From Pseudomonadota bacterium (GTDB taxonomy: Bacteria > Pseudomonadota > Gammaproteobacteria > Burkholderiales > Burkholderiaceae_C): a DNA stretch of 31,090 nt. Shown here one piece after another: positions 25,783-31,090 of this stretch. The notes below the pieces were generated by a model. That model made no database searches, was not told the origin of the DNA, and saw only the letters and a program-made list of their open reading frames with translations. A program made the translations under genes and the position numbers. The stretch is from NCBI GenBank assembly GCA_041160585.1, contig JBEAWD010000191.1, forward strand, positions 1-31,090, in the 5' to 3' direction. The number at the start of each line of letters is the position of its first letter. The first letter of the stretch is position 1.

Positions 25783-26679
25783 ATGAGCACGCCCCCCACC
25801 CGTACCGAATCCACCAACGACGCGCATGCCGACTTGGACCGGTATGACACGTCCACCCTCGTGGGCGCCCTCATCGACGATCACGCGGTGGCCGTGCAAG
25901 CGGTCAAGGCCGCCGCAGCGCAGTTGATGGTCGCCGTGGAGGCAAGCGCCGAACGCCTGGCGCGGGGTGGGCGTCTGATCTATGCGGGTGCGGGCACCAG
26001 TGGCCGGTTGGGCGTGCTGGATGCGGTGGAGCTCAACCCCACCTTCTCCTGGCCACGCCATCGCGCCCCGGCCCTGCTGGCCGGCGGCGACGGCGCCATG
26101 TTCTTGGCGGTGGAAGGTGCCGAGGACGATGGTGCGCAAGGCGCGCAAGACCTGCACCGCCTGGGTCCGCGCCCCGAGGATGTGGTGTTCGCCATTGCCG
26201 CCTCCGGCACCACACCGTTCGCGCTGGGCGTGCTGGCCGCCGCGCGTTCATTGGGTTGTCTGACCATCGGCATGGCCAACAACCCCGACGCTCCCCTGGT
26301 GAGCGTCGCTGAGATCGGCATCGTGCTGGACACCGGCCCTGAAGTGATCTCCGGCAGCACGCGCCTGAAGGCCGGCACCGCACAGAAGGTGGCACTCAAC
26401 AGTTTTTCAAGCGCGGTGATGGTGCGCTTGCACAAGGTGTACGGCAACCTGATGGTCGACCTGCGCGCCACCAACATCAAGCTGGTGCAGCGCGCGGTGC
26501 GCCTGACCATGCAGGCCAGCGGCGTCGGTCAGATGCAGGCCGAGGCCGCCCTGCGCGAATGCGGCTTTCAGGTGAAGGTGGCCGTGGTGATGCTGCGCTT
26601 GGGGCTGGACGCTGAGGCGGCACAGGCGCGGTTGGCCGCTGAGGCCGGCAACCTGCGCGCTGCCCTGGGGGAAGCCTGA
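25783..26679 (+). CDS. murQ: N-acetylmuramic acid 6-phosphate etherase
   Basis: RTESTN, GAGTSGRLGVLDAVELNPTF, AVEGAED, GPEVISGSTRLKAGTAQK, NLMVDLRATNIKL. Confidence 0.95.
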   Translation: MSTPPTRTESTNDAHADLDRYDTSTLVGALIDDHAVAVQAVKAAAAQLMVAVEASAERLARGGRLIYAGAGTSGRLGVLDAVELNPTFSWPRHRAPALLAGGDGAMFLAVEGAEDDGAQGAQDLHRLGPRPEDVVFAIAASGTTPFALGVLAAARSLGCLTIGMANNPDAPLVSVAEIGIVLDTGPEVISGSTRLKAGTAQKVALNSFSSAVMVRLHKVYGNLMVDLRATNIKLVQRAVRLTMQASGVGQMQAEAALRECGFQVKVAVVMLRLGLDAEAAQARLAAEAGNLRAALGEA

Positions 26680-26682
26680 AGT

Positions 26683-27930
26683 TCAGGCTGTACCGAGCGC
26701 AAACGAGTCGCCCTGCAGCTCAACGGGCAAGGCCAGCCCGTTCATCTGCGAGGCCAGCAATTGCGCGCTGCCTGCGGCGAAGGTGAAGCCCAAGGCACCG
26801 TGCCCCAGGTTCAGCCACAGTCCGGGCACGCCGCTGGGCCCCACGATGGGCGCACCGCTGGGCGTGGCCGGGCGCAGACCGGCCCATGGCTCGGCGGCCG
26901 CATAGTCACCGGCTCGCGGCATGTCCGCGCGCGCCACCCGCAGCAGGGATTGCAGCCGTCGCTGGTCGATGGCCTCGCTGTGGCCCACCAGATCGACCAT
27001 GGCCGCCACGCGCAGCCTCTGGCCGATGCGCGCATACAGCACCTTGCGATCGAAGTCGGTGATGCTGGCACGCGGTGCCACGTGTTCGGTCCCGATGGGT
27101 GCGTCCAGGCTGTAGCCCTTGAGGGGATACAGGGGCAGCTTCAGCCCCAAGGGCGAGGCCAGTTGGCGGCTGGCGATGCCGGCGGCCAACACCACTGCGT
27201 CAGCACCGTGGGTGGCTTGCGCGCCGATCAGGGTCACGCGCCCACCCTCGGGCACCAGGCGCTGCACGCTGTCCAACACCATGCCGTCGAACCTGGGATG
27301 CGCCTGCAAGCTGGCCATCAGGCTGGTGCAGAAGGCGTGGCAGTCGGCCACCGCTTCGTCATGGCTGTAAATGCCCCCGGCCACCTGCGGCCCCAGGTGC
27401 TCCAGGGCCGGCTCCTGCGCCATGCACTGTGCGCGATCCCAAGCCTGCTGGGTCGCATCCATCGACGCGGCCGCGCCCTTGAGCGACGAGGCGCTGCGGA
27501 ACAGCACCAGCTTGCCGGCCTGTTTCCATTCAAAGCCCTGAACGCCCTGCTCGTGCATGAGTTGGTGCAGACAAGCCCGGCTGTATTGGCCCAGCCTTGC
27601 CAGACGCGCGGCCGTGGCCCGGTTGTCGCGACCGTTGCATAGCGCAAGAAAGCGCCCTAGCCAACGCCATTGGATGGCTTCGGCCTGTGGCCGCCAGCGC
27701 AAGGGGCCGTCAGGGTCGAGCAACCAGCGCAAGGCCTTCAGCGGAACACCCGCATCGGCCAGCGGGGCCACATAGCGATAGCTCAGCTGCCCCCCGTTGC
27801 GAAGGCTCGTGCCCTGCGCCACGCCGCGGGCATCCAGCAGGCGCACGCGCCAACCGGATTCAGCCAGGGCCCATGCGGTGGTAATGCCCACCACGCCGGC
27901 GCCCAGGACAACGGCATGCCCCTTCATCAT
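26683..27930 (-). CDS. FAD-dependent D-amino acid dehydrogenase (DadA superfamily; looks DguA/D-glutamate type)
   Basis: GAGVVG FAD motif, NGGQLSYRYVAPLADAGVPL, YPLKGYS, WAGLRPATP, GHGALGFT. Confidence 0.85.
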   Translation of the reverse strand: MMKGHAVVLGAGVVGITTAWALAESGWRVRLLDARGVAQGTSLRNGGQLSYRYVAPLADAGVPLKALRWLLDPDGPLRWRPQAEAIQWRWLGRFLALCNGRDNRATAARLARLGQYSRACLHQLMHEQGVQGFEWKQAGKLVLFRSASSLKGAAASMDATQQAWDRAQCMAQEPALEHLGPQVAGGIYSHDEAVADCHAFCTSLMASLQAHPRFDGMVLDSVQRLVPEGGRVTLIGAQATHGADAVVLAAGIASRQLASPLGLKLPLYPLKGYSLDAPIGTEHVAPRASITDFDRKVLYARIGQRLRVAAMVDLVGHSEAIDQRRLQSLLRVARADMPRAGDYAAAEPWAGLRPATPSGAPIVGPSGVPGLWLNLGHGALGFTFAAGSAQLLASQMNGLALPVELQGDSFALGTA

Positions 27931-27937
27931 CGGGCAC

Positions 27938-27946
27938 AGGGTAGCA
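27938..27946 (-). promoter_or_regulatory. Extended -10 element (TG-C-TACCCT) 7 nt before the dehydrogenase ATG
   Basis: Minus strand TGCTACCCT-gtgcccg-ATG; no Shine-Dalgarno visible. Confidence 0.45.
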
Positions 27947-27984
27947 AGGCGCTGCCCGCGGGCAGATCACGATCGAACGCGGAG

Positions 27985-28003
27985 CCATAACCAGCGGTCA
28001 TGC
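27985..28003. promoter_or_regulatory. Second LysR-type box, about 64 bp upstream of the D-amino acid dehydrogenase start
   Basis: CCATAA-CCAGCGG-TCATGC shares GCCATAACC and T-N11-A spacing with the 15689 box. Confidence 0.55.
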
Positions 28004-28035
28004 ACCCCCGCCGACAGGCCAGACTGCGGACCTGA

Positions 28036-29007
28036 TCAGCCCCCGGCCAATCGCCGGCTGGGCTGCGCCAGGTAGAACCACTCCTGGCGAGCGGCGGCTG
28101 CCGTGTTGGGAAACATGATGCGGCCATCGCCGGGCGCATGCACCTCCTGCCCGTCCTGGCGCACACCGATCAGGTCTCCGGCCTTCAGGGCGTCGAAGCT
28201 CTGCCAGTCGCGCGAAAAGCGGTCGTCGGGGTGGCGCTTGTCCACCACCTCGTGCAGGGACAGGGTTTCGATGTCCCGTTCGCGCGCCGGTGGCGCATCG
28301 TTGGTCAGGCCAAAGTGCGCCAGCGTGCGGCGCACGGCCTGGTACGCCACCTCGGGCGCGTTGGGGTCGCGGTGCTGTCCGCACTCCAGCGTGAGGGCGC
28401 GGCCGCCAATCGAGCGCATGTACTCCGTCGTGCCCACGCCGTAGTTGGGGTTCAAGTCCAGTCCCCCCGCACGCTCGCCCGCCTCTTCACGCCGGCGGGC
28501 CACGCCCCGCACATAGGTGCCCAGCCAGCCGTCCACCACCCGGTCCACGCCGAGCACCTGAACCCAGGCTTCCTCGTCGGCCGCATGCCGAAACGGTTCG
28601 GTGCCGCCACGGTTGTTTCGCGGGCCCAGCATGGCGAAGGGCTTGCCCTGCGCATTGAAGGAGTGCAGGTCCAGGAGCACCTCGTGCGCGGCCATCAAGG
28701 GGCACAACCAGTTGGCCACATGGTCCTCAAACTCACGCGCCACCGCGGCGGGGCCCAGTGCGCGGTTGAGGTTGCGGTCACCGTTGCGCGTGCCCTTGTG
28801 GAAAGCCAGCGCATTGGTGACCGGCACCAGGGTGAGCTGGCCACGTGCCACCACCACCTCGCCCCGGTCGATCTCATCGATCAGGCGGCGCAGGGCGTGC
28901 GTGCCGCACACCTCGTTGCCATGCACGGCGGCGGTGACCAAAAGCTTCACGCCGGGCGCAGACCCGGCGTAGCTGACCGATTTGAAGGGGTGGAGGGTCG
29001 GGCTCAT
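28036..29007 (-). CDS. Succinylglutamate desuccinylase/aspartoacylase-like (M14 Zn) hydrolase
   Basis: VHGNE, NLNR, LDLHS, LTLECG, C-terminal barrel-sandwich-like segment. ATG 29007. Confidence 0.82.
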   Translation of the reverse strand: MSPTLHPFKSVSYAGSAPGVKLLVTAAVHGNEVCGTHALRRLIDEIDRGEVVVARGQLTLVPVTNALAFHKGTRNGDRNLNRALGPAAVAREFEDHVANWLCPLMAAHEVLLDLHSFNAQGKPFAMLGPRNNRGGTEPFRHAADEEAWVQVLGVDRVVDGWLGTYVRGVARRREEAGERAGGLDLNPNYGVGTTEYMRSIGGRALTLECGQHRDPNAPEVAYQAVRRTLAHFGLTNDAPPARERDIETLSLHEVVDKRHPDDRFSRDWQSFDALKAGDLIGVRQDGQEVHAPGDGRIMFPNTAAAARQEWFYLAQPSRRLAGG

Positions 29008-29017
29008 GCGCCCATTG

Positions 29018-29716
29018 TCACGCCACGCGGACCTTGAGTTCGCCCAGTCCGTCGATGCCACCGTGCATCAGCTGCCCGCGCTGCACCGCGGCAACCCCTT
29101 CGGGAGTCCCGGTGTAGATCAGGTCACCAGGGGCCAGCTCGAAAAATCGCGACAGCGTGGACACAATCTCCGGCACGCTCCAGATCAGATGGGTGATGTC
29201 GCTGCGTTGACGCGCTTGCCCGTCCACCGTCAGCCAGATGCCCGCCTGCGCCACATGGCCGCATTGCGCCACCGGCACGATGGGAGCAATGGGTGCGGAG
29301 TGGTCAAAGGCCTTGGAGATGTCCCAGGGGCGTCCCTTGTCGCGCATGGCGAACTGCAGATCGCGCCGCGTCATGTCCAGCCCCACGGCATATCCGGCCA
29401 CCAGGCTCAGAGCCTGATCCTCGGGCACATCGCGCCCACGGCCCCCGATGGCCACCACCAATTCGATCTCGTGGTGGTAGTTCGCGGTCTGGCTGGGGTA
29501 AGGCACCACGGCCTCCTGCCCCGGGGTGCACACCACCACGGCATTGGCCGGCTTACAGAAGAAAAACGGGGGCTCGCGGTCGGGGTCGAAACCCATTTCC
29601 CGGGCGTGGGCGGCATAGTTGCGGCCCACGCAGTACACGCGACGCACCGGAAACAGCTCGGCACGGCCGGCCACGGGCACCCCAACGGGTGCTTCAGGGG
29701 GGAAGAGGTAGTTCAT
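29018..29716 (-). CDS. Fumarylacetoacetate hydrolase family protein (acylpyruvase type)
   Basis: VYCVGRNYAAHAREM, FFCKP, HHEIEL, GLDMTRRDLQ, SKAFD, GDLIYTGTP. Confidence 0.92.
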   Translation of the reverse strand: MNYLFPPEAPVGVPVAGRAELFPVRRVYCVGRNYAAHAREMGFDPDREPPFFFCKPANAVVVCTPGQEAVVPYPSQTANYHHEIELVVAIGGRGRDVPEDQALSLVAGYAVGLDMTRRDLQFAMRDKGRPWDISKAFDHSAPIAPIVPVAQCGHVAQAGIWLTVDGQARQRSDITHLIWSVPEIVSTLSRFFELAPGDLIYTGTPEGVAAVQRGQLMHGGIDGLGELKVRVA

Positions 29717-29761
29717 GACCGGGTATTGTGGACTGCGCCCAACACCGTCGGAACATCGGTG

Positions 29762-29773
29762 TTTCCTAGGAAA
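29762..29773. promoter_or_regulatory. Perfect 12-bp palindrome in the divergent FAH/small-protein promoter region
   Basis: TTTCCTAGGAAA; a partial second copy TTTCTAGGAC at 29789-29798. Confidence 0.4.
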
Positions 29774-29807
29774 GACAAGCACTTGCGATTTCTAGGACAA
29801 TAGCGGG

Positions 29808-30044
29808 ATGGCTGCGAACAACCCCCCTGTCACCAAGCTGGCCGAGAACGGACTTCGCTACAAGAGCAAAGCCCCGGGCTCACCCTTCGAAACCTCCTCC
29901 CCCTTCTCCTCCACCACCATGTCTTGCTTCCTGTGTGGCAAACACCGCCAGCGAAGCCAGCTCAAGACGCGTCGCCTACTGGGCAAGCCCCAGGCCGTGT
30001 GCGCCCCCAGCTGCAAGGAGTTGGAGGCTTCGCTCAAGGGCTGA
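29808..30044 (+). CDS. Small hypothetical protein with Cys4 zinc-binding pattern
   Basis: 78 aa, SCFLCGKHR...VCAPSC (CxxC + CxxxC), basic; GACAAT-N6-ATG upstream. Confidence 0.7.
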   Translation: MAANNPPVTKLAENGLRYKSKAPGSPFETSSPFSSTTMSCFLCGKHRQRSQLKTRRLLGKPQAVCAPSCKELEASLKG

Positions 30045-31090
30045 TCCCCTTGGCGTTGGCCTGACCCACGGACGGCACCGGCTGCATGCCGGTGGTTGAG
30101 AACGCCTGTGCCATCGCCTCGTCCACGGTTTCCACCCAGTGGACCGTGAGCTTGGCCTGCGCGGAGGCGGGCACTTCAGCCCAATCCGCCCGGTTGCCCA
30201 CGGGCAACAGCACCCGGCGGATACCCGCGCGTGCGGCAGCCAGCACCTTGTCGCGGATGCCGCCAACCGGCAGCACCCCTCCGCGCAGACTGATCTCGCC
30301 GGTCACCGCCAATTCATGGGAAACGGCCCGTCCGGTGAACACCGAGGCCAAGGCCAGGAACATCGCCAGGCCCGCGCTCGGGCCGTCCTTGGGAACCGCA
30401 CCGGCCGGCACGTGCACATGCACATCGGTGTCCTGGAATTCCTTGGGCGCAAGCCCCCAGGTGGCGGCATGCGCCTTCACCAGGGTCAGGGCCGCCTGCG
30501 CGCTTTCGCGCATCACCTCCCCCAACTGACCGGTGAGCTGCACCCGGTTGGCACCCGGCACGCGGGTGGCTTCCACGAACAGGATGTCGCCGCCCATGGG
30601 TGTCCAGGCCAGACCCGTGACCACGCCGCTCAGGCTGCTGCGCAGCGCTGCCTCCCGGGTGTGCCGCGCAATGCCCAGGATATCGGGCAAGTCGCTTACG
30701 CTCAGCTGTTCCGGGGCACGCCCCTGCAAGGCATAGCCAAAGGCCGCGTGGCGCAGCAGGGCACCCAGGCTGCGCTCGAGCTGTCGCACGCCCGCCTCGC
30801 GCGTGTAGCGTTCGATCACCTCCAGAAGCACCTCGTCGTCCAGGCGTGGCACACCATCGGGCAGCCCGCTTTCCCGGTGTTGGCGCGGCAACAGGTGCAG
30901 GCGCGCAATCTGCAGCTTCTCCTGCGTGGTGTAGCCGTGCAACTGGATCACCTCCATGCGATCACGAAGCGGCAGTGGTATGGCCTCCAGCACGTTGGCT
31001 GTGGCGATGAACATCACCGCGCTCAGGTCAAAGGGCAGGCCCAGGTAGTGGTCACGAAACGTCGCGTTCTGTGCAGGGTCCAGCACCTCC
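30034..31090 (-). CDS. lon: ATP-dependent Lon protease, C-terminal part (end of AAA+ and protease domain); continues past the window edge
   Basis: LDPAQNATFRDHYL, FIATAN, PLRDRMEVI, YTREAGVRQLER, GLAWTPMGG, GEVMRESA, KDGPSAG (Ser), TGEISLRG, GGIRDK (Lys). Confidence 0.95.
   Translation of the reverse strand, partial: EVLDPAQNATFRDHYLGLPFDLSAVMFIATANVLEAIPLPLRDRMEVIQLHGYTTQEKLQIARLHLLPRQHRESGLPDGVPRLDDEVLLEVIERYTREAGVRQLERSLGALLRHAAFGYALQGRAPEQLSVSDLPDILGIARHTREAALRSSLSGVVTGLAWTPMGGDILFVEATRVPGANRVQLTGQLGEVMRESAQAALTLVKAHAATWGLAPKEFQDTDVHVHVPAGAVPKDGPSAGLAMFLALASVFTGRAVSHELAVTGEISLRGGVLPVGGIRDKVLAAARAGIRRVLLPVGNRADWAEVPASAQAKLTVHWVETVDEAMAQAFSTTGMQPVPSVGQANAKGISP

Noticed and set aside
30250-30270. 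Lon GGIRDK instead of GGxKEK
   Set aside because: The catalytic Lys and the Ser in KDGPSAG are retained; the changes are conservative.
1-31090. CRISPR array, tRNA/rRNA, IS, prophage or defence genes
   Set aside because: No regularly spaced repeats, RNA gene signatures, or transposase/integrase/nuclease motifs seen, and no obvious compositional island by eye.

Overview
GC-rich genomic window that looks betaproteobacterial (Burkholderiales-like by gene style; inference). About 24 kb (1195-27930) reads as one coherent cell-wall (peptidoglycan) harvesting and catabolism locus. Uptake and regulation: a TonB-dependent receptor and a LysR regulator. Exported wall-cutting enzymes: two GHL10 glycoside hydrolases (one fused to a NAGPA-type phosphodiester glycosidase), an AmiD-like amidase, DacB/PBP4 and a Tat-signal LD-carboxypeptidase. 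Inner-membrane proteins: AmpG-like MFS, sodium:solute symporter, SpmA/SpmB Gate-domain fusion and a NagX/HGSNAT-like protein. Cytoplasmic enzymes: a complete MurNAc-to-fructose-6-P route (BadF-family kinase, MurQ, NagA, SIS deaminase) and stem-peptide disposal (D-Ala-D-Ala dipeptidase, D-amino acid dehydrogenase, class A-like serine hydrolase). An agmatinase and an uncharacterised membrane-anchored protein are embedded in the locus. Flanks: the end of a coxG-like gene and a frameshifted tupA on the left; an M14-like hydrolase, an FAH-family gene, a small Cys4 protein and the C-terminal part of a Lon protease on the right. A shared LysR-type box precedes both the receptor and the D-amino acid dehydrogenase. 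No rRNA, tRNA, CRISPR array, integrase or transposase was seen. All family calls come from motif recognition by eye; no database search was run.
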